64,000 bases of DNA from Selaginella moellendorffii (taxonomy: Eukaryota > Plantae > Lycopodiophyta). The position numbers and the translations under genes were made by a program. Shown here piece by piece: positions 37,001 through 48,159 of the stretch. Within the stretch, counting starts at the first letter, position 1. Each line of letters begins with the position of its first letter. The notes beneath the pieces were generated by a model. It was not told the origin of the DNA and made no database searches. It worked only from the letters and a program-made list of their open reading frames with translations. The DNA is taken from contig NW_003314331.1 in NCBI RefSeq assembly GCF_000143415.4, positions 1 to 64,000 on the forward strand. The letters are read 5' to 3'.

Positions 37001-37749
37001 GATGTCAAACATGATCTACAGAGCAGTGCTTGTGAGATCTGGTAGGCTTCTACAGCAGTTTATGATCTCGAGAAGAATTGTTTGTGTTTGCTCTTTGTAG
37101 GACCTGGATGAGATTCAAGGCTATATTCTTCTCGTGAGTCTTATGGAAAATAGCCGTCACTGCGACGATCCATTACTGCCTGGTCACTGCGTAAGTTTTC
37201 TCCCTTTTTATTTCTTCCGGTCCATTCAAGTATTAATGCGGAAGTTTTCCAGGTTGCCATAACTTACTTTGTGGATAGACAACGGCCTCCTTCGACAATG
37301 CAATGCATGTCTCGAAAGGTCCAGGGTCTGGGAAAACAGGTGCTTGCAAACTTGAACCACGTAGTCACTTCTACTCTCTCAGCGTTGGAACATTTATTAT
37401 AGAAATCATATCCAATTATAATTATAAACTATTTTATTGATAGCTGGTAAGCTTTAGAATTGTATGAAATAGCATCTTGGGTGCAATTCCTATGCAAATG
37501 TGGCATGCTTCATAGTAATATTATAATTGACACAATCATGTTATCATGTGCAATTGAAAACAAAAGAATATGTCCAAATAAATAGATTCGGATATTATAT
37601 TTAGAAATTATAAACATGTTCCCACAATTGTGTTTTGAACTAGAATGGAAAATATATAGTGATCATAACAATAGTCGATTGCACTAGAAAAATGTCTGGG
37701 TTTCATCTCTTTACTCCTTAGCAACACCTCCAAGTTTGATAACCTTCTC

Positions 37750-37989
37750 TCAGTTGTGATCCTTGCTTGGACCCGGTGGTGTTGTTAGAGTATTCTTGGG
37801 AAGCTTTTGGAAAACTTGGCCTTCCAGCAACATCTTCCTGTTGCCCGTCGAATTGATCGCCACTTCACTGTTATTCATTCCAATCCTGAATAAAGATCCA
37901 CTCACTCCACCATGGCACTCGCAAAGACACGGAGAGAACATCACCATCATCACGAGGAAGACAGCCAGCGCCTGAGTAAATCTCGCCAT
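37750..37989 (-). CDS. IDA/IDL-like small secreted peptide precursor (79 aa)
   Basis: Single exon, ATG at 37989. Hydrophobic signal MARFTQALAVFLVMMVMFSPCLC. C-terminus FQKLPKNTLTTPPGPSKDHN* resembles the IDA EPIP motif FGYLPKGVPIPPSAPSKRHN. Confidence 0.75.
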   Translation of the reverse strand: MARFTQALAVFLVMMVMFSPCLCECHGGVSGSLFRIGMNNSEVAINSTGNRKMLLEGQVFQKLPKNTLTTPPGPSKDHN

Positions 37990-38399
37990 TCCCAAAGAGC
38001 CTAGAACGGATCCGGTCCCTCTAGACGATGATTCTTAGCACTGTGATCGCGTTGTCAAAATCTCCAAAACCGGTGATATGAATCGTCGAGAACGTACCTT
38101 GAAAACTCTACTATGATCGCCCGAGTGGAAAAATTCGATGCGTATGCTTGGACATGCCCTACCTATTATTTGTTTTTTTCACGCGAGTCCAGGAACTGCC
38201 GCGCTACCGCGTAATGAAATCTCTGAGTGTGAAGATTTGCCGTACTCGTGAGTTGCTTCGAGTGCTCTTGCTTCGTCTGAAACTAAGGCACGAGCTCTTG
38301 GCAGAGGTTTGCGGACTGGGAACTTGTCTCCCGATAATTTGTAAGTTTCCTGGAACACCTTTTCTATCTCAGAAACTCGTTTGTCGCCGTTTCTTTTCC

Positions 38400-39060
38400 T
38401 TGATTGTTTACAACATCACAGGTCCCATTCCTGAAAACATTGGAAACTGCACAAGCTACGAGATCCTGTGAGTATTTCTTTGTCGTGTGTTCACTTATTG
38501 ATTTCTTTCCGTACTTGATTGCAGTAGAGATCTCTCGTATAACCAGCTGGGGGAGATTCCTTTGAACATCGGCTTTCTTCAAACTAGCTTTGTTGATCTC
38601 TTGACTTAGAAACTCATGGAGCAGTATTGCTTTGTCTCTTCCAGGGAACAAACTTGTTGACAACATTCCAGACGTGATCGGCCTTATGCAGGCTCTGGCA
38701 GTTTTGTAAGTAATTTTATCTTTGATGTGTTTTAGTTCTCACTTGGTTTTTACAGGGATTTAATAACAATGACCTTGAAGGACCGATTCCTGCTAGCGGC
38801 TTTGGCACCGCACCCTGGTAAAGTCAACGATTGTCTTCGTTCTGACCTGGTGCTGAGCGTACGTGGACCGGTTGCATTCTACGCAAGAAAGAAACTGGGG
38901 AATAAGCCACAGTTTTGCTGTGAAACGGGTACTCATTTTCAAGTTTGTGTTCTCTAGGTGATGTGGTTGCCTGCGAAACTATCAGAAAACATTCCTGTTC
39001 TCTGCAGAATCGAATGCGAACCTGGCTTCCTCCATCCGGATGAACCTTAGGCAAAATAAA
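38400..39060 (+). pseudogene. ERECTA-family LRR-RLK gene fragment
   Basis: ITGPIPENIGNCTSYEIL|DLSYNQLGEIPLNIGFLQ|..LSLPGNKLVDNIPDVIGLMQALAVL|..NNDLEGPIPA, with one LRR per exon as in ERECTA genes. No N-terminus or kinase domain. Confidence 0.8.
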
Positions 39061-41060
39061 CTATATTGAGATGTAGAGAGTATAAAAAACAATCGTCTAT
39101 GCATGCATACAATCAAGCCTATATCCCCTACAGGCCGCGTTCTTCACGAGTTAAATCTGCAAGGAAATTTACTGCATACGAGCAACCGTCACGGCCGTCA
39201 GAATTCTTCTTTGCAACCGAATGTCAAGTATTCTGGAACCTGCGATCGCTCTCTTCGCTGTTGTTGTAAATTTCTTTGCCCATACGTCAAACTCCTTTCT
39301 CAGAGTCTTACCAGATGAAAAAAAGCGCCAGATTCTTTCTCGTATATATAAATTTTCCCTTGTATATATACATGTGTATGCTTTCAATACATGTTGATGG
39401 TGGCTTTAGTAAGCATGGATCTTCTTCCCAAAAGGCCTATATATCTATCTATCTATATGCTGTTTTGATAGTCTCGTGGTGCCCAACTTGCAGCATGAGG
39501 ATGGATCAAAATGCAAGGATTTGGTATATGATCTAGTTGCCAAGACCGAAGTCGACCACCAATCCTACCTCTAAAATGTAGTCGTGCAGCAAGAATCCGT
39601 CCAGATGTCTTTTCTTTCTTCTTGGTGGCAATGCTGACTCTCCTATTAAATTGTCATGTGTGGGTTTCATGTAGCTTTCCTCTTGACCAGTCTGATCTAT
39701 CCAGTTCTTAAGCGGCGAGAATTGCATGCTCCAATGATCGTTTCAAAGCTCTCATGGTTTGGGGGTTCACGGTTTGGAGGTTCACGGTTTGGTTTCTAAA
39801 ACTTTTCTTAAGATCAGTGAGTTCCGGCCATGGCCCATGCCCTCCAGGCCCTCGCCTGTCCAAATGGCAAACACATTTGCATCTGAGGCGCAGACTGAAA
39901 AGTACGTATCATCAAACATCATCGTCAACAAAAGATATATGTAGGTGGAGGGCATTCAAGGCCCCCAAAAAGGACCCCTCTCCTTTGTGATTCCCAACGT
40001 TCGCTTGGGGAGCAATCGTTGGATCAGCAAAAGTGGCTCCAAAAAGGACTGGATGGATGGATCCATAAAACCAAAAGTTTCGATCAAGGAAAAGGAGCAC
40101 TATGCCACTACATGCGTGAGATTATATCACAAAAGCAATTTTCGCTATTAATCTGGATTATATACTTTGATTCATGCAACTATTATCGCTATTAATCTGG
40201 ATTCCAAGCTCTGTTGTACTTTGATTCGTTCTTTCTGGCAGTATATAGTTTATGAGGACGAGAAAATTTGTTGCGAGGAAAGCAACAGTTTGTAGGGCAG
40301 TGCAGGCTGACCAGCACATCCGCCCAGGACCAGCGCGATCTTAATACACATAAATGGAACAGTTAAGCTCCACACAAAGTGGGGATTTTATGGTAACACA
40401 TCTCGAGCAAAACAAAGCAACCAAGCAAAGAAATGCCAAAAGAGTTTTACCAGAGGAGTGGACCAGTAAATGACAGTGAAAGGGGATGAAAGGGATCGGG
40501 AGAGATGCCAGGGGATATTCGCCGCCTCCGGCATGGATAGCCGTTGGAAAGCCAAGGATGGCGATTTAGCCGTTGGTCTCGTGGCGATAAAAGAAAAGAG
40601 ATTAGCAAGTTAATCGATGCTAATCGCTCGAAATGCTGGGGCAACTCCACAAACGCGAAGTTGATGGAGGGATGGATGGTAGATATGGCATGGTAAAAAC
40701 TTTTGCCCGGGGGGTTTTTACTTCTAGGGCTCTTGTTTTAGGTGGCTCTTTAGCTTAGGACGGAGGTGGAGAAATGGTGGTTTGTGTGGAAGCAAAGCCG
40801 CCAAGGATTCTCGCAAAGCAAAGCAAGCAAAGACTGGTACACAGTTAAGTAGGAGCTTTCTCTCTCGCGTGTGTGAGAGGATTTCGTGAGGAGCGGGCAT
40901 AGATTCCACCAAGCGAGCAAAGGGTTTTAGCCAATCTCCCCAGCTTTGGAGGAGATCGAGAGCTTCCAATCCATCCGGCGAGCCAGCGGGCGAGCGCGGC
41001 GCGAGGAATCGAGCGGGTTTGTATTGGTTTGATTGATCTCCTCCTTCTCGATTGTCTGGA

Positions 41061-44000
41061 ATGATCGTCGATCGTTGTGGTGTAGGAGCGATGACGAGGA
41101 GGAGAGGTTTTAGATTCTTCCTCCTGGCGGCAATGTGGGTCTTCTTCTTCTTCTCGCCGGCGCCCAATATCGCCCAGGACGATGGCGATGGCGGAGGAGG
41201 AGGATTGGGAGCCGAGGATGGGATGATTGTCACGGAGGAGAACCTGGCGGCGCTGCTGGCGATCAAGCACGCCTTCATGGACGCGCAGGGCGCATTGATC
41301 AGCTGGAACGAGACGGGCGTTGGGGCGTGCTCGGGGAGCTGGGCGGGGATCAAATGCGCGAGGGGCCAAGTGATCGCGGTCCAGCTCCCGGGCAAGGGCC
41401 TGGGCGGTAGCCTCTCCCCGCGATTCGGCGAGCTCACGGAGCTCCGCAAGCTCAATCTCCACAGCAACAGGCTCGAGGGCTCCATCCCATCATCGATCAC
41501 GGGCCTGGCAAATCTTCGCAGCGTCTATCTCTTCCAGAACAGGCTCACGGGGACGATCCCGGCTGGCCTGGGCCGGTCCCCGCTAATGCAGGCCGTCGAT
41601 CTCAGCGGTAATAGGCTCCAAGGGGACATTCCGGCATCGCTTGGCTCTTCCGGCAGAATGTTCCTGCTCAACCTGGCGGGGAATAATCTAAGCGGTGGGA
41701 TCCCACCCGAGATCGCGGCGTCGGCGTCGTTGATCACGCTGATTCTGGCGCGGAATGGCCTGGATGGGGAGATTCCCACCACCTGGCCCGATTCCGGAAA
41801 GCTGCGGACTTTGGATCTCTCGCGGAATAATCTCAGCGGCGAGATCCCGCCGTCCATCGCGAGGCTCCGGAATCTCACCATCCTCGACGTGGCCTCCAAT
41901 GAGCTCTCGGGCGGGATCCCTGGCGAGCTGGGCGGGATCGCGGCGCTCCAGCTGCTCGATCTCTCGGGCAACCGCTTGAATGGCAGCATCCCGGCGAGCA
42001 TCGGGCAGCTGGGCAATCTCACCAGCGCGAATTTCTCCGACAACAATCTCTCCGGGCGAGTGCCGCGCTTCGTCCATGGATTCAACAGCTCGGCGTTTGC
42101 GGGGAATGCCGGGCTGTGCGGGCTGGCGGGGCTGGTGGCGTGCCAATCTCCCGTGCCATCGCGATCGCCCCAGCAATCCACCCCCGCCGAGAGGCGGCGA
42201 TCCAGGAGCCGGCTGAGCAAGCTGAGCTTGATCTGCATCATCGTGGGCGGAGTGCTCGCGCTGGGCGCCGCGATTTGCATGCTCATGCTCATCGCGTGGA
42301 GGTTCCGCGAGCAGCGGGCGGCGGGCGCGCACGAGAGGGCGAGCAAGGGCAAGGCGGAGTCGAGCGTGGATCCCAGCGGCGGGAGTAGCGGTGGTGGCGG
42401 CGGCGGTGTTGGCGGAGGGAATGGAAATGGCGGGAATGGGAAGCTCGTCCACTTTGATGGGCCGTTCTCTTTCACCGCGGACGATCTTCTGTGCGCGACC
42501 GCGGAGGTGATGGGCAAGAGCACGTATGGGACGGTGTACAAGGCGACGCTGGAGAATGGGAACACGGTGGTGGTGAAGAGGCTGCGCGAGGGGATCGTGA
42601 GGAGCCAGCGCGAGTTTGAGGCGGAGGTGAGCGCGCTGGGGAGGATCCGGCACACGAATCTGGTGGCGCTGCGGGCTTACTACTGGGGGCCCAAGGATGA
42701 GAAGCTGCTCGTGTTTGATTTCATGCATGGTGGGAGTTTGGCCGCGTTTCTACACGGTGAGTTCTTCTTCCTTGTTCTCTTTCTTTTGTTCTTCCTCTCT
42801 TCTTTTCTTCTTGGTTTCGTGGATGGTGTTTGCGAAGCTTTGCTCGAGCTCGTTTGGTTTGATTCTTTCGTCTAGATTGGTTTTTCGACGTTCTTGCTTG
42901 ATCGATTTGGCGAGTTTTTCATGAACGGTGTCCTCCTCCTTCGTTCTCTTGCTTCGCTCGTTCTCTCTTTCTTTGTTCTTCTGTCTCGTTTTTCTTCTTT
43001 GTTCTTCCTCGTTCTCATTGTTCTCTTCTTTTCTTCTTGGTTTCGTGGATGGTGTTTGCGAAGCTTTCTCTTTTGATCGTGAGCTCGTTTGCTCCCTTTT
43101 CTCCGTGATGCGTCTAGATTGTCTTTGCTTTGTTTTTTCATGTTCTTGCTTGGTCGAGTTTTTCCCTCCCTTTTCTAGATCTTTGATTTGGTTGGCGATC
43201 GACATTTTCGATTGTTCGCGTGGGGTCTTTGATGGTGGACGTTTGGCTGGTTTGATTGTGTGCGTGATCCGATTGTCCTTGAATTCTTCCGACCTACACG
43301 CGTGTTGCGAGATTTTCTTTGTTCTCTTCGTTTCTTCTTGCTTTCGTAGATGGTGCTTGCGAAAATTTCTTCTTTGATTGCGAGAATAAGCTCGTTTCTC
43401 CGTGGTCCTTTCGTCTAGATTGTCTTTGCTTTGGTTTTTCCATTCTGCATTGAATGGTAGCGAGCGTCGACTGTTTGCGTGTGGTCTTTGATAGTGGTCG
43501 TTTGGCTGGTTTGATTGAAGTGTGCTCGATCCGATCATCCTCGAATTCCTCCCACGTACACTCGTGTGTGCTTCACTTGAGAGATTTCTGTTCTTCATTC
43601 GTGCATGGAATCTTAGGATCCATTTGACGCAAAGTTCTTTTTCTCTTGTGGCATTTAAGTTCTTCATTCGATCGTGCATGGAAGTCTTACGTTCCATTGA
43701 CTCAAAGTTGGTCTTTTTTCTGTGTGTTCTTGCAGCTCGGGGACCCGAGACGCCGCTGGGATGGTCGACGCGCATGAAGATCGCGCTGGGCACGGCCAAA
43801 GGCCTCGCCTACCTCCACGACGCGGAGAAGATGGTCCACGGCAACCTCACCTCGAGCAACATCCTCCTCGACTCCCACCTCAACGCGGTCATCTCGGACT
43901 ATGGCCTCTCGCGGCTCATGACCTCCTCGGCGGGCTCCAACGTTCTGGCCACCGCCGGCTCGCAGGGATACCGGGCACCCGAGGTGAGCAAGCTCAAGAA

Positions 44001-44433
44001 GGCCACCACCAAGTCGGACGTCTACAGCTTCGGCATCGTGCTGCTGGAGCTGCTCACCGGCAAGGCCCCCGGTGACGCGGTGAGCACCGCCGACGGTGGC
44101 GCGCTGGATCTGCCCGAGTGGGTGTCGAGCGTTGTCAAGGAGGAGTGGACGTCCGAGGTGTTCGATGTGGAGCTGCTCAAGGGGACCGCTCCATCTGAGG
44201 ATGATATGCTCAACACGCTCCAGCTCGCGATGAACTGCGTCTCGGCGTCGCCCAGCTCCAGGCCGGATATGAACGAGGTGCTGAGACAGGTGGAGAGCGT
44301 GGCTGGTGGCGGCGGTGGTAGCGCTGGCGGCGGTGGTGATCCTACCAGGTATTCTCCGGGGTCTGGAGCGGCTTCTTCGACGCAAGGAGCTGTGACACCA
44401 CCACCTCCGCCAGCGCCATCGTCGTCGTCGTGA
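41061..44433 (+). CDS. LRR receptor-like kinase, subfamily III, IMK2/IMK3-like
   Basis: Exon 1 41061-42756, intron 42757-43735, exon 2 43736-44433. [21 protein letters not shown], LRRs, a TM helix, [55 protein letters not shown] and atypical [12 protein letters not shown] motifs. Start could be 41061 or 41091. Confidence 0.93.
42765..43570. repeat. Three diverged tandem copies (~230-300 bp) inside the RLK intron
   Basis: ttcttg(g/c)tttcgt(g/a)gatggtg(t/c)ttgcgaa near 42807, 43034 and 43335, each followed by agctcgttt and cgtctagattg. Confidence 0.75.
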
Positions 44434-44774
44434 AAGTTTGTGTAAGTTAGATTGGTTTCGATCGATCGATGGTCATTGTTTGACAGGAGAATTGATATGG
44501 AAAAGCATCGAAAGAGTTCCAAGGATCTTGGAGGGAAGCTCCAATGATCTTGGAGGGGAGAAGAAGCCAGAGAGGAAGAAGAAGCTGCATTTTGCGGGGG
44601 GGAGAAGTTCGTTTGTGCTGTTTCTGTTTTGGGGAGGATTTTTTTTCCATCATACAAGCCCAAAGCTTGCAAAGTTTTAACAGGCCTTTTAAAATTTAAT
44701 TTACATTTTAACTTACTTTAACATTAATTAAACTAGATTTAAAACTTCGCGATAAACCCTAAAGGTTTTTGGCG

Positions 44775-47700
44775 ATGGAGTACCGAGAATTCGTGGAGAC
44801 GCACGGCATTCTCCTGGCGGCGGCTGGATTGCCGGGCGATCTGTATGGTAAGCTCCACCACAAGCTCGTCAACGATGTCCTGGATGGCGGGAGTGTGTTT
44901 GAGATCGAGGAGTGCGAGAATGGGAGGCAGCGGCGGCTCCTTCTCGCCGGCGATGGGATCGGCAAGGAATCGGATGTGTTCCTTGTTGATCATGCCTGGT
45001 CATTCCGGCTCCCCGATGCTCGCAAGCAGGTAATCCATCCCATCCAGGATTTTTCTTCACAATATTTTGCTTCTTCTTCCACAGCTTGAAACGATTCCAG
45101 GGCTAGCGGAGAGAATGGCGGAGCTTATGTGCGTCGCTGGCGATCAGGACGATCAAGAGAATGAGATTGATGCAGATGAATCTCACGAAGACAAGGAAGA
45201 AGAGCTTGCAAAGAAATTAGGTGGCGATGAAGAGCCTTTGTGGCTGGAGCTCGATGAACTGGGAATCGACGATGAGAAGCTGGAGTCTCTAGATCTTGCG
45301 ACTGCATGTCCGGTGAGAAACTGTTGTTTCCTCCCTTTTGCTTTCTTTCGACTTTTAACGTTTCTCGTTTTCTAGAATTTAATCGCTCTCAGTCTTTGGG
45401 GGAACGGACTCGAATGCGCGGACGTGCTACTTAATGTGCTCTCTGGTTTACGCTCTTTGCGAGGGCTCTGGTTGAATGAAAATCCCGTAGCTTCAAGCGA
45501 AGTGTAAGTTTCGGTTTCAAAGATTTCTTCGATAGATCTGATTGACAGTGGTGCTGACACAGGATACTGAAAGATTTACCGGACGCTTGTCCAAGCTTGG
45601 AGATTTACAACTCCAAGCTTCTTGGAGATTTTGGCTGGTGGTCGATTGGGTTTTGCTGCGGATTGATTGATTCAGAGAATCCACTTGGAAGCGAAGGTTT
45701 GCTGGAAGATGTGGAGAATATTGACCTTTCTAATCGTGGTATCAGAAAGCTTCCAACGAAGGTAAGATTTTATCGCTTTTTTGTTTGCGTGATTTGTAAA
45801 CTTTCGACTGCTTCAGGGATTTAATCACGTAGTATTGCCAAAGCTTACGAGTCTTAATTTGCGGGGTAATTCTTTTGAGGACGTATCAAGCGGTGACCTC
45901 TTGCAAGCTCTGAAGTCGTTTCCTTTGTTGAAATCTTTAGAGGTAAACTTGTCTTTGGTTGGAATCTCTTCTTTATCTTTTTTGTAGATTGATATTCCCG
46001 GTGCACTTGGTAATAGTGCATTGAAACTCAGTAATGATCTGCCTAAGCTGCTAGAGATAAATGGCGTGGCTGTAGTGAAAATTCTGGAAGAAGAGAAGGA
46101 TTTTGTGGATACTCGCCTCAAACAACATTTTCCTCTCTGGAGTCCAGAGGAGCCACTTTCAGAACGTGTTCTTCGAGCGATGTGGAGATATATAATGACA
46201 TACAGATTAGCTGACGAAGTGAAGCTGGATGAGATGCCAGTGTGGTAAGATGTGAAGTCTTTGTCTTTTTTTTTTCTACTCTTGATTTTTTTCGAACTTG
46301 TATTGATAGGTATGTTATGGATGAACTTGGGTCTGCTGTGAGACATAGTGATGAGCCAAACGTGAAATTTGCTCCATTCATGTTCCTTCCTGATGGGTCA
46401 ATGAACTCAGCTGTGAGGTAGAACTTATTCTCTATTCCTTTTTTCGTTTTTTAATTTCTCTTGTGTTCAAGCAGCTATACTTTAATGTGGCCTACCAAAA
46501 ACATTACAAAAGGTGAAGAATGCACCAGAGACTATCTTTTAGGATTTGATGAGAAAAAACAGCGATCGGCACGTCTAACTGCATGGTTTCATACTCCAGA
46601 AGCATACTTTGAACAGGTAGTTCTCGCTTATATTACTTCTATATTCAAAACCTCATATTTGCGCAGGCATACAAAGACCATCACCAAAAAATTCATCCTT
46701 CAAAGAAGCCGACTGATATTATTTCTACATCACAGCATTCAAATGGAAACAAGAGGCATTTCACTGTTTATAGTGATATACCTCAAGTCATGGACTTTCT
46801 GAATCGTCCTGAATTTACTCTAAGTAAGATCATCTATACTCATTTCTGGATCTGACTGTAATTGATTGGGAATTTTGTTTCTGCAGTTGACGATCCAAGC
46901 AAGGCCGATATCATCTGGGCAAGCTGGCAACTTGACGAAGATGCTTGTAAAGCGTTTGGTCTGAACCAAGACCAGTTTACTAATCAGTTTCCTTTCGAAG
47001 CCTGCATTGTTATGAAGCACAACCTTGCAGAAACCATGCGATTGGTAAATTTTAGTCCTCCCTTTACAGGATTTTTTCTGACTTTGAAGAGCTTGCAGGC
47101 GTATGGAAACCCGGAATGGCTTCCCACTACTTACAACTTGGAATCCCATTTAGCCGCTCTCATTGGGGACTATAATGCCAGAGAGAAGCGTGGCGACGAT
47201 AATCTGTGGATTCTCAAACCATGGAATATGGCTCGTACAATTGACACGACGGTGACAAGGTCCCTGCCAGCGATAATACGACACATGGAAACCGGGCCAA
47301 AGATTTGTCAAAAGTACATCGAAACTCCTGCTCTTTTTCGTGGCAAGAAGTTTGATCTACGCTACGTTGTCTTGTTGCGTTGTTTGCAACCCCTGCAGCT
47401 GTTCTTGTGCAATGTCTTCTGGGTAAGTTTCTTGCAAGCACTTTCTGTGAGTTAATCAAATCTTTTCTTTGCAGATTCGACTGGCTTTGAATGACTACAC
47501 TTTGGACGAGAGCAGTTTGTCCGATTACGAAACTCATTTTACTGTCATGGTAAAGGCCGAACTTTTTTCTTTTCTGCCAACAGCATGGTTCATTGTTCTC
47601 GCTTGCAGAATTATAGAAACAAGCTGAATCACGTCAACACCCACGATTTTGTTCCGGAGTTTGAAAAGGAGCACAACGGTACTCAAACCTTTACTCGTTG

Positions 47701-48091
47701 GTTTCTCTTCAAACTAAGTTCTTGACGTGCAGTGAACTGGCGTGACATACACGAGCGTGTCAGGGAGATGTTGCGAGCTGTTTTCGAAGCAGCATCGACT
47801 ATCCACCCGGAAATGCACAGCCCCAAGTCCAGAGCAATTTATGGTGTGGATGTTATGCTGGATACTAACTTTCATCCCAAACTGCTGGAGGTAAACGAGC
47901 TCAAAGTTAACAATCTCAACAATTTCGGCTTCTAAATGCAGGTTACTTACTGCCCAGATTGCACGAGAGCGTGCAAATACGACGTGAAGAAAGTTGTGGG
48001 CGATAACACCGTGATGAAGGGTGCTGATTTCTTTAACAACGTTTTTGGTTGCCTCTTCCTCAACGAAGCTCAAGACATGACTCCACTTTAA
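44775..48091 (+). CDS. TTLL12: Tubulin-tyrosine ligase-like protein 12, multi-exon, plant type with LRRs
   Basis: VFLVDHAWSFR, WYVMDELGSAVRHSDEPN, GEECTRDYL, NQFPFEAC, WLPTTYNL, WILKPWNMAR, CQKYIE..KFDLRYVVLL, RAIYGVDVML and LLEVTYCPDC. Stop at 48089-48091. Confidence 0.93.
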
Positions 48092-48159
48092 ACGTAAGTC
48101 ATACATACAGAGCCAGGGACCTAACTTTTTCTTTTCTTTGTAGGGCGGCATGAGCAGGA

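Noticed and set aside
35190-37340. Coding-like patches, including a weak kinase-like VKLTDFEL on the minus strand
   Set aside because: Too degenerate to support any call.
39838-40151. About 100-codon frame interrupted by one TAG
   Set aside because: No recognisable motif or splice support.
40548-40575. AGCCAAGGATG resembling the 5' half of miR169
   Set aside because: The match breaks after 11 nt and no foldback partner was found.
42750-43799. 349-aa antisense ORF spanning the RLK intron
   Set aside because: The intron is A-poor on the plus strand, so antisense stops are rare. The translation is low-complexity K/R/E with no domain.
37750-44433. IDA-like peptide next to an ERECTA fragment and an IMK-like RLK as a ligand-receptor cluster
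   Set aside because: IDA receptors are HAE/HSL (LRR-XI). The ERECTA piece is a pseudogene and IMK is LRR-III, so the proximity is probably coincidental.
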